Shown here in pieces: positions 9,609 to 18,582 of a stretch of 64,000 bases of DNA (position 1 is the first letter of the stretch; each line of letters begins with the position of its first letter). The translations under genes were made by a program, and so were the position numbers. This DNA is from Alphaproteobacteria bacterium (lineage in GTDB: Bacteria; Pseudomonadota; Alphaproteobacteria; UBA2136; UBA6156): positions 1,170 through 65,169 of the forward strand of contig JBAQUT010000004.1 in assembly GCA_049297695.1 (NCBI GenBank), read 5' to 3'. The notes beneath the pieces were generated by a model, which did not search any database, was not told where the DNA came from, and was given only the letters and a program-made list of their open reading frames with translations.

Positions 9609-10703
9609 ATGAGCCACAAACCGTTCTTGTCCAAAGCGGGTTTTTCACTCCCCGAGATTATCCTTGTGGTGTCGGTCATGGCCATCATCGCCAGTTTGTC
9701 GGCCCCTCCCTTGATTGAGTTTATGAAACGTCGGGATATCCAGGTGGAAGAAAACACCCAAAACGAAATCGTGAAAGCGATGAAACTGTACTTGGCGGAT
9801 AGAAATACATTGCCTGCCGATACCAGCCTCACATGGGCCGACGAAGTTGCCCGTTACACCAATCTTTCGGCCCAGCAGATTGCGAACGATAAATGGGGCA
9901 AACCCCGTGTGTATGTGCGGTTGGTGGTTACCGAAACGTTTTTGGGTACGCCGGTGGATATTTTTTACGTAACTCTTCACTCATCAGGCCCCAATCGTAA
10001 GGCCGAAGGCGGGGCCGCCACCGCAGGGGGCGAAACCATTGCAAACAGCGGTATTTCAACCAGCAGCAACAATTTTGATGCCCTGACCTCGACAGGGTGG
10101 TGGAAAAACAAGGCAACCGATACCGTCCGGATTGATAGTTTTGTGGCGGCACAACCCGCTGTCGACGACATGATGATTCGCTTCACCGATTACGCCGATA
10201 AAATCGCAAAATACAACACGTCGCTTGAACGCTTGCAACGGATCTCCGAAGCTTTGGAGGTGTACTCCACAACCAAATATAACGAGGCAGCCATTGCTTG
10301 CATGACCGTGCCTTGCACGCCATCGGCCGAGAAATATATTTACTATCCCCGCTCGAACGACGGGGCCACAAACCCAGCCAGTTACTACGGAAGCAACACC
10401 GCAACCGACTTAACCACCTACAACAGCGGCAACGCTATTTATAACAGCGATACCGACGATACCAACCGACGCACCCACATGATTAACTTGATGCGGATTT
10501 TGGGGCTGCCCGATGAATACTGCTGCAATGCCATGGAAAACATTACGGGCACAAAAAACGAAGTTCCTTTCTTCTACTTCAGCAACCCTCGCCCACGTAC
10601 GGCCGCGGGCTGCGGTACCCGGCCCGACCCTGCTGTGGGCCGTACCTTGCCCGCCCGTATGACTGTGAAAGGCATTAACGAGGACACCAACGTGTGCGGC
10701 TAA
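9609..10703 (+). CDS. Minor pilin / PilV-like protein with class III (prepilin) signal
   Basis: RBS AAGGAG. N-terminus MSHKPFLSKAG-FSLPEIILVVSVMAIIASL has the G/F cleavage motif with Glu5. The upstream extension to 9375 is rejected because it overlaps the previous gene. Confidence 0.7.
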   Translation: MSHKPFLSKAGFSLPEIILVVSVMAIIASLSAPPLIEFMKRRDIQVEENTQNEIVKAMKLYLADRNTLPADTSLTWADEVARYTNLSAQQIANDKWGKPRVYVRLVVTETFLGTPVDIFYVTLHSSGPNRKAEGGAATAGGETIANSGISTSSNNFDALTSTGWWKNKATDTVRIDSFVAAQPAVDDMMIRFTDYADKIAKYNTSLERLQRISEALEVYSTTKYNEAAIACMTVPCTPSAEKYIYYPRSNDGATNPASYYGSNTATDLTTYNSGNAIYNSDTDDTNRRTHMINLMRILGLPDEYCCNAMENITGTKNEVPFFYFSNPRPRTAAGCGTRPDPAVGRTLPARMTVKGINEDTNVCG

Positions 10704-11110
10704 CCGAGCTGGCAGACGTGTGGGTTTACGTAGGTCAGGCCTACCCTTGGGTAGCTCCAATGCTTGGAGCATTGTTAGGGGCTGTCGCGGGTTCGTTTCT
10801 CACCTGCGCATTAGCCCGTATTCCCCGTGGAATCTCGTTGTGGCACCCGCCAAGCCAATGCGATACCTGCCAGCGCACGTTGGGTGTGGTAGATTTGATT
10901 CCGATTGTATCGTGGGTGGTGTTTCAAGGGAAATGCCGTAAGTGCAACGCATCTATTGGTAGCAGCGTCGTGTTGTGGGAGATTGTTTCCACAGCGGTGG
11001 GTGCTGGGTTGGGGTGGTGGTGGGGTCTGGCATGGAGTACGTTTCCAGCTCTTCTGATAGGCCTTTCCCTCTATGCAACAGTGGTACTGCTTATAAAAAA
11101 GGCATCTTGA
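10694..11110 (+). CDS. Prepilin peptidase-like protein, N-terminal TM plus zinc-ribbon region only (truncated; no aspartyl-protease domain)
   Basis: Contains GSFL..CxxC...DLIPIVSW..GKCRKC, the PilD/TadV N-terminal domain. The ORF ends after two further TM helices, before the catalytic Asp motifs. No peptidase-like sequence is seen in any downstream frame. Confidence 0.6.
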   Translation: MRLTELADVWVYVGQAYPWVAPMLGALLGAVAGSFLTCALARIPRGISLWHPPSQCDTCQRTLGVVDLIPIVSWVVFQGKCRKCNASIGSSVVLWEIVSTAVGAGLGWWWGLAWSTFPALLIGLSLYATVVLLIKKAS

Positions 11111-11200
11111 TGCTGATTTCCCACATACAGGTTTGCAAAAGCCCCCCAGGCTTAGGCTAAGGCTTGGTAAAATCCCACCATTCCCGCACAGTATGGGGGT

Positions 11201-13945
11201 ATGAACAAGGTCTGGTCACGGTGCTGCATTCCCACCGCGTTGGCGTTAAGCCTCGCGGGGTGTATGGTTGCATCGCAATCCCAAACCAGTCTTGGCGATT
11301 TCCAACTCCCCACGGCCCAACAAAATCAAGCCCAACAAACGGTGGTGGTAGAAAATCGCATGGCGGCGCTGACGCCCATGGTTCCAGCCAGCAAGCCAAT
11401 CCCGCGCAGCCTTGTGTTGCTCCGCCGGACCGAACCTGTGGAACGACCCCCAAGCCCGGAAGAGTTGGAAGCCAAAATCCAACGCATGGCCGGTGCCTTG
11501 GTGGCCGAGCGGGAGCAGGCTATTTTGGAAGCCGCCGCCGCTGCCAGCGCCCAACAAGCGGGCTTGATTGCTGCCCAAACAGGCCAACAACTGGCGGCCT
11601 CCGAGCAACGGTTGAAGCAGTACAGCGATGCCTTAACCCAGCAAGTGGCCACCGAAACCAAAACCTACGCCGCCCAAAATACCCAAGCCACGGCCGACCA
11701 ATTGAAAACCTTTGCCGAGGAAGCCGCCGCCCGCGCCGCCATGGCGGCCCAGCAAGCCGCCACTGCTACCTCCGAGCAACAAGCCAAACAAGCCGAAGCC
11801 CGCAGCAAAGCCTTTGTGGTGGGCGAGCTGGCCACGCGTGAAAGCATCACCGCCGCCAAACTGGGCGAACTTTCCGCCCAAGCCAGCGCCTCCGAAGCCC
11901 GTACCAAGGCGTTGCTAGAAACATCGTCCGCCCAACTGGCCGCGCTTACCCAAACCACGTCGGCCCAGCTTTCGGCGCAACAACAGGTGTTGGCGGCGCA
12001 ACTTTCCGCCCAGCAGCAAACGGCCAGCGCTACCAGCTCGGCTAAGTTGGAAGCCCTTGCCGCCAGCAACAACGCCTACTGGCAATCCACCCAAAGCCAA
12101 TTGGTGGGGTTGGATAACCAAACCACCAAAGCCTTGGCCGATGTGCGCATGCAACTGGCCGCCGCCAGCCAGCAAGGCAAAGAATATGCCCGCCTCCAGG
12201 CTTTGGAAGCCCAGCTGAAGGCCCAGCAAAACGCCATTGCTACCGCCCAAACCGAGGCCCAGCAAGCCGAATCCCGCGCCAAAACCTTTACAGCCGAGCA
12301 GATGGCCGCCCGCAACGAAGTGATAGGAAGCCAGATTGCGGCGTTGAAAGAAACCACGGGCATACGGTTTGATACCAACCAAAAACTTACCGAAGCCAAA
12401 TTGGAAAACGTGGCCACGCGCCTGAACGCGGCGGACGCCCAAACTCGCACCGAACTGGCCGCTAACCAGAAGGTGAACGAAGCGCGGTTCTCCAACGTGG
12501 TATCAAAATTGGAGCAAGGCCAACAGTTGACCAAAGCCGAATTGACCCAACTTCAGCAAGCAACAGCCAGCCAGCTAGGGGCCTTGGATAAGTCCACCGC
12601 CGACCGCATCCAAAACTTGGCCGATAACACCCGTACTGGCATCCAATGGCAGCAAGATATGACCGCCGCCCAATTGGCCGCGCTGGATGATAAAACCCAA
12701 TCCAATCTGCAAGCCATTCAACACACCACGGGCAGCCAGTTTGAAGCCATGAACGCCATTCAAGCCGCCCGCCACCAAGCTACGGTGCAACAGCTGGCAG
12801 GCGTGCAAGAAGCCACCAACGCCAAACTGGACGCTGCCGAAATGGCCAGCAGCTTGCGTAATGCCCAAACCGTGCAACGGCTGGAAGATTTGGAACAGCT
12901 TACCGCCAGCAACCAACGCCTGATGCAAGCCGAAAGCCGCCGGATGGCCAGTGTGCTCTCGCAATACACCGATACCCAGTTTGCGGCCCTTTCCCAGCAA
13001 ACCGATGCCACCATCGCCCATGTGGCCAGCGTGGGTAAAATGGATGTGGAAGACCTCCGCCACGATACCGCCAATCAATTGAAAACCTATTATCAAGCCG
13101 CCAAGCTGAAATCGGAGCAGCTCACCAAAGCCACCGAAACCAAGCTTGCTAACCGTATCGCCCAAGCCCAAACGGAAAGCGAAACCAAGCGCCTGAAACC
13201 GGAACAGGTGAAGGCCATGGCGAAAGAAACCTTTGCCGAATCCGCCCCCGAAGTCCGTGCGGTAACGTTGCAAACCTTGGCCGATGCCCAAGATTACATC
13301 CGCACCGTGGCCAGCAACGCCGTGAAAGATGGCGACCCCGAAATGGGCAAAGCCCTGCAGAAAGCCGCCCGCGACGTGATTGTGAAAGACAAAGATATCG
13401 TGTTCGCCATGCGCAAAGTGGCCGACAAACAGTTGGAAAAACGTTTGGTGGAACTCAACCAACCCACAGGCCCCGTGAAAGACGCCCAAGGCCGTACCAC
13501 CGTGTACAGCGCGGGGGATGACGTGAGCATCAACAGCAAAGGTTTGGGTGTGGCGCCGATTGGTGGCGATGCCGCCATTGAACCCGCCGCGGGCGACGTG
13601 AAACTGGCTGGCCTTGCCAAACCCAGCATGATGAAGGCCCGCCAGCGCCAAGATTGGATTGATTTGCGCAAATACCGCGTTATTGTGCACGAAGACGGTA
13701 AAACCTTGCCTCAACTGTTGGGCGACGTGATGGGCAAAGCCGAAACCTACACGGGACCGTGGGAAGTCAAATGGAAGATTGACCCCAAAAACAACGATGT
13801 GCTGAACGAAAAATTCAGTTTGGATGCCGAAACCACGTTTGAAGAGTTTGTGAACTATTTAGCCAACTACATGGTCAACGCCCGCGGGGTTAAGCTATCC
13901 TTCAGCTTGTTTGATAGCGAACGGGTGCTGGTGATCAGTGATTAA
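11201..13945 (+). CDS. Giant coiled-coil lipoprotein (914 aa) with TcpQ/PilL-like C-terminal domain
   Basis: Lipobox LSLAGC. About 650 aa of A/Q/T-rich heptad-like repeats (AQLSAQQQ..). Conserved C-terminal domain ..GVKLSFSLFDSERVLVISD. Confidence 0.7.
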   Translation: MNKVWSRCCIPTALALSLAGCMVASQSQTSLGDFQLPTAQQNQAQQTVVVENRMAALTPMVPASKPIPRSLVLLRRTEPVERPPSPEELEAKIQRMAGALVAEREQAILEAAAAASAQQAGLIAAQTGQQLAASEQRLKQYSDALTQQVATETKTYAAQNTQATADQLKTFAEEAAARAAMAAQQAATATSEQQAKQAEARSKAFVVGELATRESITAAKLGELSAQASASEARTKALLETSSAQLAALTQTTSAQLSAQQQVLAAQLSAQQQTASATSSAKLEALAASNNAYWQSTQSQLVGLDNQTTKALADVRMQLAAASQQGKEYARLQALEAQLKAQQNAIATAQTEAQQAESRAKTFTAEQMAARNEVIGSQIAALKETTGIRFDTNQKLTEAKLENVATRLNAADAQTRTELAANQKVNEARFSNVVSKLEQGQQLTKAELTQLQQATASQLGALDKSTADRIQNLADNTRTGIQWQQDMTAAQLAALDDKTQSNLQAIQHTTGSQFEAMNAIQAARHQATVQQLAGVQEATNAKLDAAEMASSLRNAQTVQRLEDLEQLTASNQRLMQAESRRMASVLSQYTDTQFAALSQQTDATIAHVASVGKMDVEDLRHDTANQLKTYYQAAKLKSEQLTKATETKLANRIAQAQTESETKRLKPEQVKAMAKETFAESAPEVRAVTLQTLADAQDYIRTVASNAVKDGDPEMGKALQKAARDVIVKDKDIVFAMRKVADKQLEKRLVELNQPTGPVKDAQGRTTVYSAGDDVSINSKGLGVAPIGGDAAIEPAAGDVKLAGLAKPSMMKARQRQDWIDLRKYRVIVHEDGKTLPQLLGDVMGKAETYTGPWEVKWKIDPKNNDVLNEKFSLDAETTFEEFVNYLANYMVNARGVKLSFSLFDSERVLVISD

Positions 13946-15392
13946 GAACAATAACCTTCACCGCTGCATGCTCGTAGGGGCCAGCTTGGCTTTGCCCAGT
14001 TTGGGGTTTGCCTTGGCGGAACGCCTCCCCGCCATCGAACGCGGTGTGAAAGACGGCGTGGTGATAGCCGAAACCCGCATGGCCCAAGGCGATAGCTCGG
14101 TGATTGATGCCCTTGGCCAACCCGCCGATTGCAACGGCCCCGCCCTGCAGGTGAAAGTGGCCAGCGCCTTGGGCGAAAGCCACGCCCTGTACGATGCCAG
14201 CGGCGAACCCTGCAGCGATGCCAGCTTGTTGTTTGATGGCACCAGCGCCCTGGGCCAGCGTGCGGCCGACCCCGCCGTGCAAATTGGCTTTGTGGATGCT
14301 TTGGGCGCGTTCCCCGCCGAAACCCTTCCCGCACTCCCCCGCATTGTGGTGAACAGCGACCTCATGCCCGCCGACGCTCCGTTGGCGACACCTACTAACC
14401 CCGTGGGCGCCCCAGCGGCCGATCCCTTGGCGGAAACCATCCGTGCCTGGCAAGGCAACGTGGCCCAACTGGACGACCAAACCCAACGGGATGAGATTAT
14501 CGGCCAAGGCGAAGCCACCCAAGCTGCCTTGCGGAGCCTAGACCGTCAAACCGTGGATGTTTCCAGCCAGCACGACAAAGTGAACACCCTGCTGGCCAGC
14601 CTGCGGGAAAAAGAACGGGAACTGGCCGCCGCCGAAGCCCGCGCCAAATCCAGCCGCTTGAACAGTCAACAGCAACGGAGCATGGCGGAAGCCACGCTCA
14701 CCAAAGCCCAACAGGCCGAACAAGCTATGCGGGCGGAACTTCAAGCCGCCAAAGAGCGCTTGGCCCTGCAAGAAACCCAAAACCAACAATTGGCCGCCAG
14801 CAAAGCGAAGCAGGAAAAACTCCTTACGGGCCAAATCGCCTCCATGGGGGATGATTTGAAAGCGGCGGAAGCCAAAGCCAACGCCGGCCGCCAAGAGCTG
14901 ATTGCCCAAGCCGCCGCCAAAATTGCCGAAGCCGAAGCCTTGGCCAACACCGCCCGCCTGCAGGAGGCCGATGCCAAAGCCCGCGAAGCCGCCCGCCTGA
15001 AACAAGAGGCCGAAACCATGCTGGCCCGCGCCATGGATTTGGCCAACAACAAGGCCGTGATTGCGAGCGGTATGGAAAACATCTCTCCCAAGGCCGCCCC
15101 TATGGCGCTGATGGACGTGCCCGTGGTGTTCCATGCCACCAACCAAACCCTGCCGGAGTTGCTGCAAGCCATCGTGAAGCAAGCCGAACCCCAAGCTGGC
15201 GCATGGAAAGCCGATTTCCAACTGACCAAAGCCAACAGCTTTATTTTATCTGAAAAATGGAGCCTCACCGCCGAAGCCCCCGTGAAAGACCTGCTGGATA
15301 TCCTTACCCAGCAAATCCAAACCGCCCATAAAGTGAAACTCACCTTCACCCAGTTTCCTCAAGCACGGTTGGTGGTGGTGACAGATAACTAA
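13938..15392 (+). CDS. Secreted coiled-coil protein (484 aa) with a C-terminal domain paralogous to the preceding gene
   Basis: Signal peptide. Coiled-coil middle region. C-terminus ..KVKLTFTQFPQARLVVVTDN aligns with the C-termini of 11201..13945 and 1..401. Confidence 0.65.
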   Translation: MIKNNNLHRCMLVGASLALPSLGFALAERLPAIERGVKDGVVIAETRMAQGDSSVIDALGQPADCNGPALQVKVASALGESHALYDASGEPCSDASLLFDGTSALGQRAADPAVQIGFVDALGAFPAETLPALPRIVVNSDLMPADAPLATPTNPVGAPAADPLAETIRAWQGNVAQLDDQTQRDEIIGQGEATQAALRSLDRQTVDVSSQHDKVNTLLASLREKERELAAAEARAKSSRLNSQQQRSMAEATLTKAQQAEQAMRAELQAAKERLALQETQNQQLAASKAKQEKLLTGQIASMGDDLKAAEAKANAGRQELIAQAAAKIAEAEALANTARLQEADAKAREAARLKQEAETMLARAMDLANNKAVIASGMENISPKAAPMALMDVPVVFHATNQTLPELLQAIVKQAEPQAGAWKADFQLTKANSFILSEKWSLTAEAPVKDLLDILTQQIQTAHKVKLTFTQFPQARLVVVTDN

Positions 15393-15397
15393 CAACG

Positions 15398-15532
15398 ACA
15401 TCGTCGTCATGGCGAGCGCAGCGTGGTCATCTCAAGCCAAGAGGTATAAACAAGGGTTAAGGGGGCGCTAGCCCCCTTACGCCGCAGGCGTCATTCCGGC
15501 CGCAGAGCCGGAATCCAGAGCTCACAACGAAG
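15398..15532. repeat. GC-rich palindromic intergenic repeat (copy A; REP/MITE-like family)
   Basis: Modules gtcgtcatggcgagcgcagcg...atctcaagcc and gggttaagggggcgctagcccccttacgccgcaggcgtcatt recur at 16.65, 22.25 and 53.9 kb. Confidence 0.6.
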
Positions 15533-15662
15533 CCACCATAAGGCATATTTTTGGTGCTATAAAGCAACACCTGCCTCCTGCTACCTGCTACCTGCCTCCT
15601 GCAAGGCCTTGCAAACCTCGCCCGCCGCCCCATAATGTATCTAACCAAAGGAGAAACAACCT

Positions 15663-16034
15663 ATGAAATTATCGTCCAACGCCCTTCTGACTGTAGCCTT
15701 AGTGGCTGTTCTAGTACTGGTGGGAACAGATGTACATGCCCAAACAACTGGTGTTCTTTATACAAAAACGCGTGATTTAGTTACTGGAAATATTGGGTTC
15801 TTTATTGGCCTGCTGCTTGCAGTATGGGGTATCTGGACTTGGGTTGTAAAACAAGAAACCATGGCTGGAATTTTTATGATTGTGGGTGGTGTTTTGATTA
15901 CCATTTCTCCGGGTGTACTTAACTTTATGAGCAGTATTGTTAACCCTGTTGCTAAGCTTGGTGCAACATCACTCACAGAAGTTAAAGGTTCTAATGAAAC
16001 TAAAGATTTGATTGGTATTGGTAGTGGGCAGTAA
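15663..16034 (+). CDS. VirB2/TrbC-like T4SS pilin (paralog 1)
   Basis: RBS AAGGAGAAA. Signal peptide ending AQ plus two hydrophobic helices. 123 aa. Confidence 0.7.
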   Translation: MKLSSNALLTVALVAVLVLVGTDVHAQTTGVLYTKTRDLVTGNIGFFIGLLLAVWGIWTWVVKQETMAGIFMIVGGVLITISPGVLNFMSSIVNPVAKLGATSLTEVKGSNETKDLIGIGSGQ

Positions 16035-16346
16035 ATGATTAAAAAACTAAATATCTTGTGTGTGGGGCTGCTGATATTTCAGCCCCTTTTTGTTTTTGCG
16101 GCTGAGTCTGATGTTGCAGGTAGTCGTGAATTGAGTGCATTGAGCAATGTTGTAACAGGCCAGTTAGGTTTTTTTGTAGCCCTTGTGTTGGCCATATGGG
16201 GTATTTGGAAAATGTTTGTGTCTGGGGAAAATGCGGCAGGTTTCATTCTGTTAATTTGCGGCGCGGCTCTAACAATATTCCCTGGGATATTTAATTTTGC
16301 TGAAAGTATAGTTGTTCCATTTGCAAAAGCGATTACAGGTGGTTGA
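16035..16346 (+). CDS. VirB2/TrbC-like T4SS pilin (paralog 2)
   Basis: ATG immediately follows the previous stop. Same signal-plus-2-TM architecture, 103 aa. The mature part (GFFVALVLAIWGIWKMF..) aligns with paralog 1. Confidence 0.7.
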   Translation: MIKKLNILCVGLLIFQPLFVFAAESDVAGSRELSALSNVVTGQLGFFVALVLAIWGIWKMFVSGENAAGFILLICGAALTIFPGIFNFAESIVVPFAKAITGG

Positions 16347-16355
16347 TATTTTATT

Positions 16356-16625
16356 ATGAATGCCCGCCCCGTCCCCCGCAACATTGACCGCCCCAACCGT
16401 ATCCCCGAATACGTCATTACATGGACGGCATCTTACTACGGCACCATGTTTGTCTCCCGTGAAGCCATTCTTGCCTTTTTGATTTCCTTCATGGCCGTCT
16501 ACCTCATGTACCGCTTCACGCTGGAAAAGCCCGAAGGCATCATGATGCGCATGCTGTACAAATACGTGCAAATCGGCAAGCTGCGGCCAAGCCCACGGTT
16601 TGTGAAACGGTTTGAGCTGTCGTGA
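16356..16625 (+). CDS. Small inner-membrane T4SS protein (VirB3/TraL-like)
   Basis: 89 aa with a single TM (ILAFLISFMAVYLMY). Positioned directly after the pilin genes, as in vir/tra operons. Confidence 0.45.
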   Translation: MNARPVPRNIDRPNRIPEYVITWTASYYGTMFVSREAILAFLISFMAVYLMYRFTLEKPEGIMMRMLYKYVQIGKLRPSPRFVKRFELS

Positions 16626-16649
16626 GTGAGGGGCTAGTCTAAGGTTGTG

Positions 16650-16835
16650 TCATGAGGGGGAGGGGGTTAAGGGGCGCAGCCCCTTACGCCGTAGGCGTCA
16701 TTGCGAGCGAAGCGCGGCAATCTCCCAAGCTTTGAGTTGACAGATTGCCGCGTCGGACGCGCTCCACGCGCTCCCTCCTCGCAATGACGCTCCGCGTTAT
16801 AAGGGGGTAACCCCCTTAACCCCCAACTTGTCGTG
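16650..16835. repeat. GC-rich palindromic intergenic repeat (copy B)
   Basis: Contains a ~100-bp imperfect palindrome (ggcgtcattgcgag ... ctcgcaatgacgc). Its terminal 50-bp module cgttataagggggtaacccccttaacccccaacttgtcg is nearly identical to 54093..54131. Confidence 0.65.
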
Positions 16836-17024
16836 GGTTAGCTATATCTTACCTAAAGACTGTATAAAATTTCAGGAAGGTTATGCAGAAGTTTGCAAAA
16901 TGCTCTATGGACTAAAAAATCGTAAACGCTAACGACATCTGCGTCATGCATCTTGGCGCTTGATTCTTGCATGTTTAACAAGCATTCCCTCGCTATATAC
17001 AATGTTCCGCGCTAGTCTGAGCTC

Positions 17025-17699
17025 ATGGATTTTGTCGCCCGCGCCGGTTCGTTTATCGATCGTGCCCACCGTATGGCAGGCGTGCTGCTGCTGATTGTCA
17101 TTTTACAAAGCCTGATTATCATCAACCAATGGAACAACAACAACGACATGGCCGAGCAATTGCGCTACGTGGCCGTGCGCATGCCTGTATATGTGGTACC
17201 CGGCGCCACCCGCGGGATTTACAGCCCCACGGAAGACGATTTGCTGATTAAAGCCTTTGTGGATCAAGTCACCCAAAGCTTTAAAACTTTCACGTACGAA
17301 ACATTGCCCAACCAGTACCAAGAAATGAAACAGTTCTTCACCCCCCAAATGCTGGTGAGTGCGGAAGGGTATTTCAGCAAGGCCTTGCGGGATAGCCAAG
17401 CCGACCGCCGCAGCAGCCTGTTCATCCCCGACCATCAAAGCATGAAGGTGGAGAAGGGGACTGAAAATGGATTGGAGGTGCGGGGCGTCACCATCCGCGG
17501 CAGCCTGCAAACCGTGATTGCCGGCAGTGTGGTAGAGAGTTTGCCCATTGAAATTGTTTTGAAAATCCAAAAATCCATGATTTCCAAAGCCAATCCGTTC
17601 GGGTTCCAGCTGGCCGAATACCGCGAACGCGCGGTTTCCCAGCAATCGGCCCAGCCGTTTATCCCCCAGCCCAGCCTTGAAGGAGGTACGCCCCAATGA
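17025..17699 (+). CDS. Bitopic T4SS protein (VirB8/TraE-like)
   Basis: N-terminal TM MAGVLLLIVILQSLIIINQW with a periplasmic domain. Gene order is pilin, B3-like, then this gene. Confidence 0.5.
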   Translation: MDFVARAGSFIDRAHRMAGVLLLIVILQSLIIINQWNNNNDMAEQLRYVAVRMPVYVVPGATRGIYSPTEDDLLIKAFVDQVTQSFKTFTYETLPNQYQEMKQFFTPQMLVSAEGYFSKALRDSQADRRSSLFIPDHQSMKVEKGTENGLEVRGVTIRGSLQTVIAGSVVESLPIEIVLKIQKSMISKANPFGFQLAEYRERAVSQQSAQPFIPQPSLEGGTPQ

Positions 17700-18412
17700 T
17701 GATGTTTGTACGTATGATGGTGGTGGCCTTGCTGCTGCCGTTGGCGGGGTTTGCCGATACCATGGTGTGGCGCGGCCCTACCCAAAGCCTCACCATCGGC
17801 CTCTCGCAAGATGACATTGCCCACATTGAAATGCCCGAAGCCATCACCAATGTAACTTTGGAAAACCAAGATTACGTGGATGTGCTGGTGGTAGAAGGCT
17901 ACAACAACCGTGCGTTCCGCATGCGCAGCCTGCTCCCTAAAATGGCCACACGGATGTTTTTAACCGGCGCCAGCGGCAACACGTACATTGCGGTGCTGAC
18001 CACCGATGTCCCTTACCGTGCTTTCGTGCAGGTAGTGAATGGACTGGAAGTTGACAACGTGGCCCGCAAAGTGAGTAAAAAATTTGGCCCGACCGATATG
18101 GTGCGCGGCATGGCCACCAACACGGATATGCCTGGCGTGCAGCGCGAAACCTACGTCATCCCCAACTGGTTCAAAGGTGGTGGATTGACGTTTGACCTCT
18201 CGGAAGTGTGGCAATCTCCCAAGCTCACAGGTATTGTGGTGAACGTGCGGAACGATACCCCTGCCGCCAACGAGGTGAACCTTCCCGCCATCACGCTCCC
18301 CCGTACCGACGAGTGGGGAACCCTGCGCTACGCCAGCATGGAAAACCTTCGCCTCGCCCCCAGCGGCCGCGCCAATGACCGTGGCGTGATGTTTCTTATA
18401 TTCGTGCGTTAA
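17696..18412 (+). CDS. Secreted T4SS core protein (VirB9/TraK-like)
   Basis: ATGA overlap with the upstream gene. Signal peptide MVVALLLPLAGFA. 238 aa. Confidence 0.5.
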   Translation: MMMFVRMMVVALLLPLAGFADTMVWRGPTQSLTIGLSQDDIAHIEMPEAITNVTLENQDYVDVLVVEGYNNRAFRMRSLLPKMATRMFLTGASGNTYIAVLTTDVPYRAFVQVVNGLEVDNVARKVSKKFGPTDMVRGMATNTDMPGVQRETYVIPNWFKGGGLTFDLSEVWQSPKLTGIVVNVRNDTPAANEVNLPAITLPRTDEWGTLRYASMENLRLAPSGRANDRGVMFLIFVR

Positions 18413-18467
18413 CCCTTGACAACCGCATCCAACCAAACTAGATTGTCTGCACGGTTAGTTGGGTAAC

Positions 18468-18505
18468 TAAAAAAAGGGCGGCTGCGTTAACAGTCCGCCC
18501 TTTTT
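18468..18505. terminator. Bidirectional rho-independent terminator
   Basis: A-run, then a 9-bp GC stem (gggcggctg/cagtccgccc, one bulge), then TTTTT. Confidence 0.6.
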
Positions 18506-18507
18506 GC

Positions 18508-18582
18508 TTATCTGCGGATGATAAGGACGATGGTGAATCGTACCTTGCTCAACCACAGAAGCAAGGCACCATAGAGGTCCAT
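18508..18582 (-). CDS. Candidate 24-aa hydrophobic small protein (MDLYGALLLWLSKVRFTIVLIIRR)
   Basis: AAGGAG Shine-Dalgarno lies 7 nt upstream of the ATG. The stop codon abuts the intrinsic terminator. Too short for the ORF track. Confidence 0.35.
   Translation of the reverse strand: MDLYGALLLWLSKVRFTIVLIIRR

Noticed and set aside
9609-10703. Possible shufflon (invertible C-terminal segments) in the PilV-like gene, as in R64
   Set aside because: No inverted 19-bp-type repeats or alternative C-terminal cassettes are visible. The gene is followed directly by the peptidase remnant.
11164-11841. Arg/Pro-rich alternative-frame ORFs (11164..11841, 49131..50165, 21555..21932)
   Set aside because: They are compositional artefacts overlapping real genes in another frame.
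18416-18444. Plus-strand sigma70-like promoter after the VirB9-like gene as a bona fide promoter
   Set aside because: It would produce a transcript of only ~50 nt before the terminator. It is kept only as part of the intergenic finding, not as an annotated feature.
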